A DNA stretch of 64,000 nt from a virus (Duplodnaviria > Heunggongvirae > Uroviricota > Caudoviricetes): the IMG/VR virus record IMGVR_UViG_2778261505_000002. One strand, written 5' to 3'. This document shows positions 1 to 9,668 of the stretch, piece by piece; positions within the stretch are counted from its first letter, which is position 1; every line of letters begins with the position of its first letter. The notes below the pieces were generated by a model that was not told where the DNA came from, searched no databases, and was given only the letters and a program-made list of their open reading frames with translations. The position numbers and the translations under genes are program-made.

Positions 1-36
1 GAGAAAATTTCTATCTTTATATTATCCACGAGTAAA

Positions 37-306
37 CTACTCCATGCTTTTCAGACGATCAGCAGCTCGTTTCAGCTTGTCGTTCGGTGCCGGAGGATTG
101 CTTATAGCGTCCATAACCAGATTCCAGGATTCTTCATTCAGAACTAGTCTACGGTGTTGCTCTATAACTTTCACGGCACGTTCAGATGCACTGCTAACCA
201 TAAACTGAGTAATGCTCTGGTTAGACATTGCGGCAGCTTCCTCGATGATGCTTTTATCGTCATCGGTTAATCTCAAATCGATGCGCTGCTTTTTTAGTGC
301 TGACAT
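37..306 (-). CDS. RHH-type antitoxin, DUF1778/TacA-like; partner toxin expected just beyond window start
   Basis: Track ORF 37..345; likely start at internal ATG (304-306) preceded by GGAGG. 89 aa with RIDLRLT...QSITQF N-terminal segment and PPAPNDKLKRA tail, as I recall for DUF1778 antitoxins of GNAT toxins. Confidence 0.5.
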   Translation of the reverse strand: MSALKKQRIDLRLTDDDKSIIEEAAAMSNQSITQFMVSSASERAVKVIEQHRRLVLNEESWNLVMDAISNPPAPNDKLKRAADRLKSME

Positions 307-316
307 GTATTCCTCC

Positions 317-344
317 TGATGGCCGTGATGTAGGAAGGCCATCA
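317..344. promoter_or_regulatory. Inverted repeat TGATGGCC-N12-GGCCATCA upstream of antitoxin start (candidate operator)
   Basis: 8-bp perfect inverted arms read directly, 11-38 bp upstream of the minus-strand start codon. Confidence 0.3.
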
Positions 345-624
345 ATCTCCTCTGTTCAAACTGAGTTTTCGACTCAAAAATTACTTTAAAAGGCTATAGC
401 CCATTACGTGTGCATTATCAAATTGTGTACGGCATATCACCGTACTTGTAATATAGAGGTCATTGTTACTTTTTTCAACAGACAAATACAAGCTATGTTT
501 GCCAATTGTTAATCACAACCTACCATTTAACCTTTACACCGCAGCCGTAGGCATTTAGGCTATATCACATATAAGAAAACAAGTTGTTTCAGACGATAAT
601 TATATACGCAAAGGGAACTCTCCA

Positions 625-1293
625 ATGACCAAGATCTTTGTGGTTGGCGGCACAAAGGGCGGGCCTGGCAAATCCACCGTTGCCCAGCAAATTGCCGTTT
701 GCCTGAAAGTCAAAAAGAAGAAGAAGGTTTATATTACCGATATAGATATTCAGCGCACGACAACGAGCTGGTGTGAAGACCGTCGACAGAACGAAGACCT
801 TGAGCTGATTCCTTTTGCATACGTTCAGGATGACATCATTAAGCACCTAAAATCGCTTCAGGGTAGAGCTGAGTTTGTAGTGGTAGATGCTGGTGGCTTC
901 GACTCCGAAATTCAGCGACAAGCGATGCTGATGGCTGACGTTATCATTATCCCGCTGCGTCCTAAGCGTCGTGATTTGAAATCTTTACGTGACATCGATC
1001 CTATTATCGACAATGTTCGCAATGTAAACGATAAAGTGAAGGTCCGCGCGGTCATGAACCAGTGCCCGGCTTTGCCATCACAAGTGTCTCGCATTCTGGC
1101 GGCTAAAGAGATTGTTGAGACGTTTGGAATCGAGTCTGCGCCAGTCAATCTATATAACCGCAACGTCTATGATGATGCGGAAGAGTCTGGTCGTTCTATC
1201 TTTGAAATGACCGGTAGCGAGCGCGACAAAAAGGCGGAAGCCGAGTTTGAAGAATTTGTAGATTATCTGTTGAGTCTGGAGGAAGAAGAATAA
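625..1293 (+). CDS. parA: ParA/MinD-family partition ATPase (small, type Ib-like)
   Basis: 222 aa; deviant Walker A GGTKGGPGKST near N-terminus; stop overlaps start of a small downstream partner gene. Confidence 0.85.
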   Translation: MTKIFVVGGTKGGPGKSTVAQQIAVCLKVKKKKKVYITDIDIQRTTTSWCEDRRQNEDLELIPFAYVQDDIIKHLKSLQGRAEFVVVDAGGFDSEIQRQAMLMADVIIIPLRPKRRDLKSLRDIDPIIDNVRNVNDKVKVRAVMNQCPALPSQVSRILAAKEIVETFGIESAPVNLYNRNVYDDAEESGRSIFEMTGSERDKKAEAEFEEFVDYLLSLEEEE

Positions 1294-1652
1294 TGTCCAT
1301 GAAAATGGGTGACCTAGCAAAGCGCAAAGAGCCTGATGCACCGGCTAAGAACACAACTCCTTTGCGCCAACCAGTCAGACCACAGGGACGCCCGACTCGT
1401 GGCAAAGAGAAAATTAAAAGCCGCACAATGTCACTGGAGGACGAATACTTCGAACTGCTGGAGATGATGAAGTTCATCCCTCGCTTCGAGAAGTTCACTC
1501 GTTCTGACGTGATTCGAGCAGCCATTTTCCATCTGGCAGAGAAGTCACCGCAGGAAATCGAGGACATCGTGAAATTGAATGAGGCGATCACCGCTGCCGA
1601 TGTCACGATGCGTACCGATGAAATCAAACGAGAGTTGATGAAGAAAGGTTAA
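1293..1652 (+). CDS. Small partition partner protein (ParG/RHH-like centromere-binding protein candidate)
   Basis: 119 aa; start overlaps parA stop (TAATG); basic disordered N-terminus and small C-terminal domain; small-ParA plus small-partner arrangement typical of type Ib par loci. Confidence 0.45.
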   Translation: MSMKMGDLAKRKEPDAPAKNTTPLRQPVRPQGRPTRGKEKIKSRTMSLEDEYFELLEMMKFIPRFEKFTRSDVIRAAIFHLAEKSPQEIEDIVKLNEAITAADVTMRTDEIKRELMKKG

Positions 1653-1657
1653 AAATC

Positions 1658-1688
1658 ATGCATTGGCGCGTACATTGCGCCAATGCAT
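1658..1688. terminator. Bidirectional hairpin between convergent genes
   Basis: Perfect inverted repeat ATGCATTGGCGC-N7-GCGCCAATGCAT between + strand partner gene and - strand GIY-YIG gene. Confidence 0.45.
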
Positions 1689-1704
1689 AACTACAGTGTC
1701 AGCT

Positions 1705-2472
1705 TTATGCCGCGCTAACACTATGTTCAGTCCTAACCACCCCAACCTTCACAAAAGGGCTACCGTAGCTTGGTGGCTTCTTGATTAATTTGCCTACATA
1801 CAGTTTTCTAATATGCTCATCGGCTATTCTGCCAACAAATTCATAACGTTTTGTGTCGGGGCCAAGAGCTATATCCCTTGTAAAGTACTGCTGAGAACCG
1901 GCTTTGACCCAGCATTCAATCTGATAAACTTCCATTATCAGCCCACCATATGTAGCGTAGGCATATTTGAGATTCTCGTCTCTTGGAACCTTTGCCCATA
2001 CGCCACGCGTAGCTTCATATAATGCCAGAGCGGACATTCCTGACTTGTAGGTGCTGTTTAGCAGGAAGGCAAGACCGGCGTGCTCAGGAGCAATTTCAGT
2101 TTCCTCTTGCAGCACTAAGTGATGGTAGGCGTCTAGTGATATTCTGCCCATCATGGAACCACTTCCTCGTACCTTATTCGTAAGCTCTCCGACCCCCATA
2201 AGGTCGATGCATGTCGCCTCAACAAGTTTGGCTGTGGTTTCATCCATACCATGACGAAGTATATCTATGCCTAATTTTTTATTAGCCAAAAGTTCTTTGA
2301 TCCGCATGGATTTGGGAGAGTCATCGGGATACTTGATGTGATCGAGACAACGAGTCGATTTGCCTTTTCCTATGTAAAACGGTCTTTTCATCTTGTCTTC
2401 TGTATCATAGAGACAGTAAACATAGTATTTAGCCTTATCCAATGATCTCGCGTATACCGATAAATCGTCCAT
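1705..2472 (-). CDS. GIY-YIG-motif nuclease-like protein
   Basis: 255 aa; N-terminal YYVYCLYD...RPFYIGKGKSTRCLDH resembles the GIY-YIG catalytic motif (compare UvrC N-terminus); one of very few minus-strand genes in the element. Confidence 0.5.
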   Translation of the reverse strand: MDDLSVYARSLDKAKYYVYCLYDTEDKMKRPFYIGKGKSTRCLDHIKYPDDSPKSMRIKELLANKKLGIDILRHGMDETTAKLVEATCIDLMGVGELTNKVRGSGSMMGRISLDAYHHLVLQEETEIAPEHAGLAFLLNSTYKSGMSALALYEATRGVWAKVPRDENLKYAYATYGGLIMEVYQIECWVKAGSQQYFTRDIALGPDTKRYEFVGRIADEHIRKLYVGKLIKKPPSYGSPFVKVGVVRTEHSVSAA

Positions 2473-2583
2473 TATTGCATCTCTTTGCTACTGACTAATG
2501 CGTTCTATTTTACACATAAGTTTTTAATCAATTTAACAGGCTCAAAGTGTAGAGCTTCTGGGCGTCTAAGACGACAAGTTATG

Positions 2584-2638
2584 CCTGCTTCCGTATATAT
2601 AAATAATAAGTAACTTATTAAATATATACGGAAGCAGG
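2584..2638. repeat. Long hairpin element, copy 1 (17-bp perfect arms CCTGCTTCCGTATATAT, 21-nt loop)
   Basis: Read directly; loop itself is a near-palindrome TAATAAGTAACTTATTA; homologous copy at 48528..48584; followed by T-rich tract. Confidence 0.6.
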
Positions 2639-2754
2639 TCTTTTAAAAGACACCACCAGAACAACTCCCTTCCGTTTCCACTTCCAAAAACTGCCACCAG
2701 TCGCTATCATCCGCTCATTGTGATAAGTAAGTAACTACCTACCAGGTGAGCCAC

Positions 2755-3495
2755 ATGAGCCAAATCTTTTTCGATACCATCGACAACGACCAGTACGACT
2801 TCATGACAGAGTGGAATACCGCTGTTATGGACAAGTGGGTCGCTGAAAACATTGGTTTGTCGCGCTGTAAAGACGAGGCTGAACTCTTCGAGACGAAGTG
2901 GTTTGATTACCGCGACATGCATCCTCTCATGGCCACCTGTCTTTTTACGGAGGCATACAAACGTCAGTACTCAAATATCATGCTGACGCACGGTCGCGAA
3001 CACTTTGAAACAGCTCCGTTCACCACCGGGTTAAAACGTCTGCCTTATCAGGAGTTGTCGACTGCCAATAAAACGTCGCTATGGAAAGCACGCCAGTTTG
3101 CGGATCGCTATTGCTGCTCATACGACTACTTTATCTCCACCGTTCTTTCCGCAGCTGCACGACGGCTGTGGGACAAGCTGCCGCGCCCACAGCATTTATG
3201 GCAGCCAGAACTGATTGAGATATTTGAAGAGAAATTAGCCAGACGCGCAACAACCCGTCTGGATGACTCTCTGGTTAGCTTTAAGCATATGGGAGACATG
3301 CAGTTCAACCCGATTCAGGAAAGCTATTTTGAGTGGATTCTGGAGCGTTTGCGCACCATCCCTCGCAGCAAGCGCATACGCGCAATTTTCTCCGCTATCT
3401 GGCTAATGGAAATCGTTCCAGAGCGCCTTATTTCCGCCCACTTTCCAGAAGAACTGGAAGAAGCACGGCGGTTTATTGATCCCCTATCTAATTAA
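2755..3495 (+). CDS. Hypothetical protein
   Basis: Track ORF 2746..3495 (GTG); ATG at 2755 after AGGTGAG; no recognisable motif. Confidence 0.45.
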   Translation: MSQIFFDTIDNDQYDFMTEWNTAVMDKWVAENIGLSRCKDEAELFETKWFDYRDMHPLMATCLFTEAYKRQYSNIMLTHGREHFETAPFTTGLKRLPYQELSTANKTSLWKARQFADRYCCSYDYFISTVLSAAARRLWDKLPRPQHLWQPELIEIFEEKLARRATTRLDDSLVSFKHMGDMQFNPIQESYFEWILERLRTIPRSKRIRAIFSAIWLMEIVPERLISAHFPEELEEARRFIDPLSN

Positions 3496-3538
3496 CTAAT
3501 ACTAGAAAACAATTTGTTTAAAAAACAAAGGAAAGCAC

Positions 3539-4879
3539 ATGACCGAACTTTGCCATACAGGACGCGGGCTGTCCGAAGAATTTGATGAAGATTTCCAGAA
3601 CAGACTGACGGCATATTTTTGTCGTGATCACGAGTTTCTTACTCGTGCGGGAGATCTGGTTGTGCCTAGCCAGTTTGCCAATGCGGCCAATGCCATATTG
3701 GTTAATATGGTTTCGGGCTATTACCGTATGTACAAGAGCGCGCCCTCTTCATCTGCAATTCTGGATATGCTTAAGCGTGCGAAACGCGATAAGACTATCC
3801 GTGAGGAACTATTCGCCGATGTTGTTGCTGCGTTTAAGCGCATCCTTGCAGAAAAATTGTCCGATACCTCGTACATGGTTGACCAGGTATCAACCTTCGC
3901 AAAAAGTGTAGCGTTTGATGATGCTCTGATTAAGGCTGCTGAACTGAAAGAGAAAGGCGACTTTCAGGGGGCGATGGCAATCATGGCCAAGGTTCAGCAG
4001 ATTGGATCGAACGAAGCGACCGGAATCTATGACTACTACACCTCCGCAAGTGAGCGATTGAAAGCGCGTGAATATGAGGCTTCAGAGGAGTATGTACCAA
4101 ACAGTATTACAACTGGACTCCCTCTTCTCGATAGGTTGCTGTACCAAAAAGGCTGGGCAAAGCGCGAAATGGTGCTCTTCATGGGGTTCGCTAAATCCGG
4201 TAAATCGACCGCAATGGGGGAGTTTTCCATAAACGCAACACTTGCTGGCTACAATGTTCTGTATCTCTCGCTGGAGGTTCACACCACCATTTTATCCGAC
4301 CGTTTTGATGCAAGATTGTCGGAGACGGAAATGTCCAAGTTGGTGGAACGGCGCGATGAAGTTCATCGTAAGTTGGCAGAGTTGGGAGCCTCTAAGGGGA
4401 TTGGTAGTTTGTGGGTTGTTGAGCGTCCGTCAGGAAGTATGTCACCGGCAGATCTGGACCGTATGCTTAACAGTATGAAAGCCAATGGCATGGTGCCTGA
4501 CATGGTTGTTGTCGACTACGCAGATTTGATGCGTGCCAGTTATGACCTTCGTGATGATCGCGCCAACATTCGTAGTATCTACACCGATTTACGTGCTCTT
4601 TATGACAAGCATAACGTTGCTGGGATCACGGCATCGCAGACAAACCGTGAAGGTGGCGCGTCAGAAGTTGCCACAATGATGCACGCTGCCGACAACATCG
4701 AAAAAGTACGTATTGCTGACCTGGTAATAACGATCAACAAAACCGAAGAAGAAGAAGCGAAAGGAGAGGCTCGTCTCTACTTTGCTGGTTCACGTAACCA
4801 GCAGGGAGGGATCAGCATTCGCGTTAAACAAAACCTCGAACAAATGCGCTTCATTGAGCGAATCTTAGACGTTACCTAA
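3539..4879 (+). CDS. DnaB-like replicative DNA helicase
   Basis: 446 aa; RecA-fold core with Walker A GFAKSGKST and Walker B-like VVVDYADLM; conserved upstream AAAGGAAAGCACATG start context. Confidence 0.8.
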   Translation: MTELCHTGRGLSEEFDEDFQNRLTAYFCRDHEFLTRAGDLVVPSQFANAANAILVNMVSGYYRMYKSAPSSSAILDMLKRAKRDKTIREELFADVVAAFKRILAEKLSDTSYMVDQVSTFAKSVAFDDALIKAAELKEKGDFQGAMAIMAKVQQIGSNEATGIYDYYTSASERLKAREYEASEEYVPNSITTGLPLLDRLLYQKGWAKREMVLFMGFAKSGKSTAMGEFSINATLAGYNVLYLSLEVHTTILSDRFDARLSETEMSKLVERRDEVHRKLAELGASKGIGSLWVVERPSGSMSPADLDRMLNSMKANGMVPDMVVVDYADLMRASYDLRDDRANIRSIYTDLRALYDKHNVAGITASQTNREGGASEVATMMHAADNIEKVRIADLVITINKTEEEEAKGEARLYFAGSRNQQGGISIRVKQNLEQMRFIERILDVT

Positions 4880-4960
4880 AAAATAAGCGTGGAGAACACC
4901 TCCACGCTTGATTCATTGGTGAAACAACTTTTCTTTTGCCAAACCACAAAAGAAAAACAC

Positions 4961-6142
4961 ATGAGCCTTTATGTTATATCAACATTTAGGTTGGTCACAA
5001 TATTGCCTGTTAAAAGTGGAATTATCGTGAGCGAGCTGAAAGAGCTAATTACCGAATTAGATTTTGAACAATGGTTGGATACTGAAGGTATCGTTTATCG
5101 ACGTGGAGGCGTGAGTGCTCGCGGTCGTGAAGTGAATATCAAGGAGTGTCCGGTATGCGGCAGCTCCAACTGGAAGGTATATTTCAATCTGACCAGTGGC
5201 GTCGGTAAATGCTTCGCTGGTGATCATCCCGAAGAGATTCAGTTCAATAAGCTGGTCTTCCTCAAGCACTACAGCGGCAAATCACGACGACAGTTCGAGG
5301 AATATGTGCAGAACGCCCTTCTTTCCCAGGGGTGGGCACCAAAGAAAGAAGAGCTAGTGCTTGCAAGCACAGTCGAGTTAGAGGGGCCAGTTGCACTCCC
5401 TCGTCATTACGAGCTTCCTATAGATGGTCGTCTTCCAGACTATCTGGTTGAACGAAACATATCGCCTGAAATGGCAAAGTATTTTGACCTACGATACTGC
5501 GTCGAAGGCAAGCACGCCTATGTAGATCCGTATACAGATCAGGTTAAAGGACAGATATTCGATATGCGAATACTGATACCGGTTTACGATCTGGATGGGG
5601 TAATGAAGACATTTCAGGGACGAGACATTACCGGTACAGCAGAACGCCGCTACCTCTTTCCTATGCAGCTTCCAGCTTCAGGTAAATTTCTCTACAACGG
5701 CCATAATGCAGTCGGCAAACAGACTGTAGTTGTCTGTGAGGGTGCGTTCGATGTTATGGGGGTCAAACGAGCTATTTTCGACGAAGAAACATTACGTGAT
5801 TACGTGGAGCCAATAGGAACGTTCGGGATGCATCTATCTGGCAACACCACTCAGGATGCAGAAGATCAGTTGGGCGCGTTCCTGACGCTCAAGGCGCGTG
5901 GATTACGTAATGTGATCATGATGTGGGATAGTGAAAAGCAAGCTATACGCAACACGATGGCCGCAGCCAGGCGACTGACCAGTATTGGTCTTAATGTCAA
6001 AGTGGCGTGTTTGGGCGAGGAAGGACTCGACCCGGGCGATGCAACGCCAGAGCAAATCATCAAAGCCTATTATCGGGCAAAACCGTATACCAAGCAGTTG
6101 GAGTTGCAAAGCAAGGTTTTGGGCATTAAGGCTCTATCATAA
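4961..6142 (+). CDS. DNA primase (zinc-ribbon plus TOPRIM, DnaG-like)
   Basis: CPVCGSSNW zinc-ribbon and VVVCEGAFDVMG TOPRIM motif; start placed at ATG 4961 with AAAAGAAAAACACATG context (track ORF begins at 4889). Confidence 0.75.
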   Translation: MSLYVISTFRLVTILPVKSGIIVSELKELITELDFEQWLDTEGIVYRRGGVSARGREVNIKECPVCGSSNWKVYFNLTSGVGKCFAGDHPEEIQFNKLVFLKHYSGKSRRQFEEYVQNALLSQGWAPKKEELVLASTVELEGPVALPRHYELPIDGRLPDYLVERNISPEMAKYFDLRYCVEGKHAYVDPYTDQVKGQIFDMRILIPVYDLDGVMKTFQGRDITGTAERRYLFPMQLPASGKFLYNGHNAVGKQTVVVCEGAFDVMGVKRAIFDEETLRDYVEPIGTFGMHLSGNTTQDAEDQLGAFLTLKARGLRNVIMMWDSEKQAIRNTMAAARRLTSIGLNVKVACLGEEGLDPGDATPEQIIKAYYRAKPYTKQLELQSKVLGIKALS

Positions 6143-6217
6143 CAATCACCTTCAAAATAAGTAGATGATTACTTATCTTTCTGTGAGAATACTTTCATCT
6201 GTTAGCTAGGAGTTGGT

Positions 6218-7000
6218 ATGAAAGACGAAATTCAGAAATTAGCCTGCGACATCATTGATAAAACTGGTTTAGAAATCAGCGAGAGCAATCGGCTAGACAT
6301 CATTGAAAAAGCCGTAAAAACAGCAATGGATCATATCGCCACTCGTTTGGTCGAGATCCCGCTACCGGGGCTACCTTATCTGAAGGTTAAGTTACACGTA
6401 TGGGGTGAACCTTCTTGTGCACGGCGTTCTGCATTAGTTGTTTTTATTAGCAAAGAAAACCCGATCAGTCTTAAAGTGCAGGTTGGGGCATGGATGGATG
6501 GCAAAGTGATCTACACAAATACCGTTTTTTGTGCGTCAAATGACAGTATTATTGAAGAGGCTATTCAAGAATCACTTCTAACTATGCATAGCTTATTTTT
6601 GCTGGAAGACAAGCAAAACTACGAAGAGTACTTACGGTCGATAAAAGGTGAGAGAACATTGTCACTTAAAGCCGATTTCGTTACCCCGACAAACCTGTTG
6701 GAAGTCTTGCTTAATAAAGGGGCTAATGATGCCGTAAATGTAATCAGAGAGAGTGAGTATGCGTCTCTTTGCGACATGTGCAAAAGCCAGTTGGATCTGG
6801 TGCATATCGTTATTGATGCTGGGAAGGCATGTGATGGCGTAATGGCGGAGTTTGCTGGGAAGATGGTCAGGATTGCTAACGAATTACCGATGATAGAGCA
6901 AGAGGCTAAATCATACGCCACCAATCATGTCACAGAGCTTCTTGTCCCCTATCGCTTAGAAAGCGATCAGCGCAAGATGATTAGCTGGGGAAGTTGGTAA
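6218..7000 (+). CDS. Hypothetical protein
   Basis: 260-aa ORF, AGGAG RBS before ATG; no recognisable motif. Confidence 0.5.
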   Translation: MKDEIQKLACDIIDKTGLEISESNRLDIIEKAVKTAMDHIATRLVEIPLPGLPYLKVKLHVWGEPSCARRSALVVFISKENPISLKVQVGAWMDGKVIYTNTVFCASNDSIIEEAIQESLLTMHSLFLLEDKQNYEEYLRSIKGERTLSLKADFVTPTNLLEVLLNKGANDAVNVIRESEYASLCDMCKSQLDLVHIVIDAGKACDGVMAEFAGKMVRIANELPMIEQEAKSYATNHVTELLVPYRLESDQRKMISWGSW

Positions 7001-7055
7001 GCTCTCAGTGTGTCGTTTTTTACGCAAATAATGATAGGTAAGCACAAGATTATTT

Positions 7056-7538
7056 TTGGCGGTAATTGTGAAAGCTGATTTGTCAAAAATCCCCTCTATT
7101 TCAGGAAATAATGGTTATTCACTTCGTTGTGAGGAAGTAAAGATAAACGGTGAGTCGGCATATTGCAGCTACTCCGTTTGCCAGCACACCATTCTTGCCT
7201 TCAAAGAAAACCGTCTTCCTCGAACTTCATTCCAGTCGTGCGCAACCGCTATCAAAGCAGGCAAATGCAAGGCGTTAAAAATGATGGTTGAAGAGATTCG
7301 TAAAGGAGAATCTCTGTATTTCGAAGATATGACCGCGCTCATTAAGGAGGTTGAAGAACGGAATAAACAAGCCAGAACTTTAAAACGAAAACGTGACAGT
7401 GTAACGATTAATAGCATGGTTAAGAAGAGCGCCACATCACAAACAGCGATCACTGACGTGTATGCGGCGTTGCTTGAAGAAACAACAAAAGAAACACATG
7501 AGCAAATCGATCAACATATGGAGGTAAAACAACAATGA
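7056..7538 (+). CDS. Hypothetical Cys-rich protein (start uncertain)
   Basis: Track ORF starts at TTG; several Cys residues; true start may be an internal GTG/ATG. Confidence 0.35.
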   Translation: MAVIVKADLSKIPSISGNNGYSLRCEEVKINGESAYCSYSVCQHTILAFKENRLPRTSFQSCATAIKAGKCKALKMMVEEIRKGESLYFEDMTALIKEVEERNKQARTLKRKRDSVTINSMVKKSATSQTAITDVYAALLEETTKETHEQIDQHMEVKQQ

Positions 7539-8857
7539 AAAAGTTGATCGCACTTAAGCATAAGCTGGACGAAATGAAAGTTATGGGCACCAATGCAAAA
7601 AAAGAGGCATTGGCCAACATGGATGACTTTGAACAAAGCATGGTTTCATTGATGCTCAACCCTTTCATCCGTTTTGGGGTAAAGAAATACAAAGTGGCAG
7701 AGCCGCTTAGTGAGTCCATCCCAAGTGACGAAAAAGCCATTGATGTACTGAATAAGCTGGCCTCTCGCGAGCTAACGGGGAACGCAGCAATAGCAGCTGT
7801 TGAGTCTATCGTGGCGTCAATGTGCGCCGATGGGCAGGACGTGTTCCGTCGTTTCCTCTTAAAAGACCCGAAAGCTGGCGTTGGGATTAGCCTATGCAAC
7901 AAGGTTTTTGAAAATCCCATTCCGAAATTCGAGGTGCAGCTGGCGTCACCGTATAAAGAAAAAGGCGACAAATACCCCTTCAAGCCAAATCCTAAAGCAA
8001 AATGGCCGATGATTGGCAGTCTTAAGCTCGATGGTTTGCGAGTAATTTGCGAGGTTATTGTTGACGAGGAAGAGGTTAACTTCCTTTCTCGTACTGGTAA
8101 TCCAATCACGTCTCTCGATCACCTAAAGCCAGCCATGCTCGAATTAGGCAAACTTTCAGGCCACAAACACATCTTCTTCGATGGTGAAGGAACTGCCGGT
8201 TCATTTAACCAGTCCGTATCTGCATTGCGCAAAAAGAACGTGCAGGCAATTGGCGCTATTTATCATGTTTTCGACTTCTTCCTACCGGAATGGCGAGCAC
8301 AGGCTAAATCCAAAGAGTATGCAAAGACAGGTATGAAGCTGAAAGAGCGCCTGGCTATGCTGGTGGCGTTGTTCAAAAACGATCGCAGTGAAGGCTACAC
8401 ACAAGACATTCACCTGCATCCGTTCTATATCATCCATAGCCACGAAGACTTCATCGAACGCTTCATGAAACGCCTGGACGATAACGAAGAAGGGGAGATG
8501 GGCAAAGATCCGAACTCTGTTTACGAGTTTAAACGTACCCGCAGCTGGTGGAAGTTAAAAGACGAAGATTCAGAAGATGGTGAAATTATCGACTTTGAGC
8601 CGGGCGACCCGGACTCTGGTTTTGCCAACACACTTGGAAAAATTGTTATTCGTCTTGAAAACGGCGTCATCGTTCGTGCGAGCGGCATTAAGCATAAATA
8701 TCTGGATGAGATCTGGAACAACAAAGAGAAGTACCGTGGTCGTATTGTCGAGGTTCATTGTCACGAGAAAACACCGGACGGCAGCTTACGCCACCCACGA
8801 CTGAAATGGCCGCGTTGCTTACGCGATACAGAAGATCGAATCGGAGATAAAGAATGA
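7535..8857 (+). CDS. ATP-dependent DNA ligase
   Basis: 440 aa; adenylation motif I GSLKLDGLR (KxDG), FFDGEG, and C-terminal LRHPRL OB-fold signature. Confidence 0.8.
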   Translation: MKKLIALKHKLDEMKVMGTNAKKEALANMDDFEQSMVSLMLNPFIRFGVKKYKVAEPLSESIPSDEKAIDVLNKLASRELTGNAAIAAVESIVASMCADGQDVFRRFLLKDPKAGVGISLCNKVFENPIPKFEVQLASPYKEKGDKYPFKPNPKAKWPMIGSLKLDGLRVICEVIVDEEEVNFLSRTGNPITSLDHLKPAMLELGKLSGHKHIFFDGEGTAGSFNQSVSALRKKNVQAIGAIYHVFDFFLPEWRAQAKSKEYAKTGMKLKERLAMLVALFKNDRSEGYTQDIHLHPFYIIHSHEDFIERFMKRLDDNEEGEMGKDPNSVYEFKRTRSWWKLKDEDSEDGEIIDFEPGDPDSGFANTLGKIVIRLENGVIVRASGIKHKYLDEIWNNKEKYRGRIVEVHCHEKTPDGSLRHPRLKWPRCLRDTEDRIGDKE

Positions 8858-9033
8858 TGCTCGGCTGGATGATTGCATTTTTAGCAGTTGGTTTTTTCAT
8901 AGGTATTGTGGTGATGTCCAGTTGCATCAATGACTACATTAAAAGCGGTGTTATAGAAAGACGCGGTCGTATTTATCGCATTGTAGAAATAACCAACACC
9001 CTGAAGGAGATTAAGGATGATCGTATTAAGTAA
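8854..9033 (+). CDS. Small membrane protein (59 aa, not in ORF track)
   Basis: ATG overlaps ligase stop (ATGA); MMLGWMIAFLAVGFFIGIVVM hydrophobic helix. Confidence 0.35.
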   Translation: MMLGWMIAFLAVGFFIGIVVMSSCINDYIKSGVIERRGRIYRIVEITNTLKEIKDDRIK

Positions 9034-9232
9034 ACGGGAGAAGGAAACGCTTCATGAAATCAGTAAGTGGCCGGAGTTCCCTGAGTACTGGAAGCCTAAA
9101 ACGCGAGCTAAGTTAGAGCGTTTAGGGTTGGTTGCAAACGTTTCTGAAACGTGGTGTTCGGCCAACTACCAGTTAACTGATAAAGGGAAAGTATTGCTAC
9201 AGCAATTAGTAGAATCAGGAGCGTTAAAATGA
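9017..9232 (+). CDS. Hypothetical protein
   Basis: 71-aa ORF with AAGGAG RBS 7 nt upstream. Confidence 0.4.
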   Translation: MIVLSKREKETLHEISKWPEFPEYWKPKTRAKLERLGLVANVSETWCSANYQLTDKGKVLLQQLVESGALK

Positions 9233-9381
9233 TTCCATACATCTCATTAGCTTTTATGGGTGGCTTCCTTATCGGCTTCGGCATCTGTCGTGATTTAATT
9301 AAGCAGGAACTTAAAACCAAAACACTGTGCATCGGAAAGCGTGTGTATCGGGTAGTTCATGAAACAAAGGTGAAAATATGA
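9229..9381 (+). CDS. Small membrane protein (50 aa, not in ORF track)
   Basis: ATGA overlap with previous stop; MIPYISLAFMGGFLIGFGI helix; its first 16 nt recur at 10240 and 11892. Confidence 0.35.
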   Translation: MIPYISLAFMGGFLIGFGICRDLIKQELKTKTLCIGKRVYRVVHETKVKI

Positions 9382-9668
9382 GCAATTTAACTTCTTGGGA
9401 ATGGTGGTTGGCCACCTATTTCTTAGCGGCCGGAGTCGCATTCGCCTTTTACGTAGGTCAGTTAGTCGTAAAACTGTTGCTGATTAAATTTGCTAGTCAT
9501 AAACGTATCGATGATGGTCTGTGGCGTCTTGGCACCCTGGTGGAAACTCGCTACGGGCAACTTAAGGAGAACGAAACCATTACTATCCAAGCGAAACGAT
9601 TCACTGCCACCATTACAAGAACACCTAGTCGTAGAGTGGCCTTGATCAAAAAAGTCACAACCGAATAA
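9378..9668 (+). CDS. Hypothetical membrane protein
   Basis: 96 aa; N-terminal hydrophobic segment; start overlaps previous stop. Confidence 0.4.
   Translation: MSNLTSWEWWLATYFLAAGVAFAFYVGQLVVKLLLIKFASHKRIDDGLWRLGTLVETRYGQLKENETITIQAKRFTATITRTPSRRVALIKKVTTE

Noticed and set aside
2584-2638. Possible Cre/loxP-type site (CTTCCGTATATAT arms recall loxP ATAACTTCGTATA)
   Set aside because: Arm and spacer lengths (17 bp and 21 nt) do not match the 13-8-13 loxP geometry, and the recombinase here shows no resemblance to Cre; kept only as a generic hairpin repeat.
7450-8109. Minus-strand ORFs overlapping well-supported + strand genes (for example 7450..8109, 20280..20795, 45416..46054, 52667..53143, 56263..56679)
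   Set aside because: They lie antisense within genes that have strong motif support (ligase, polymerase, kinase, methyltransferase) and lack start-codon context; treated as shadow ORFs.
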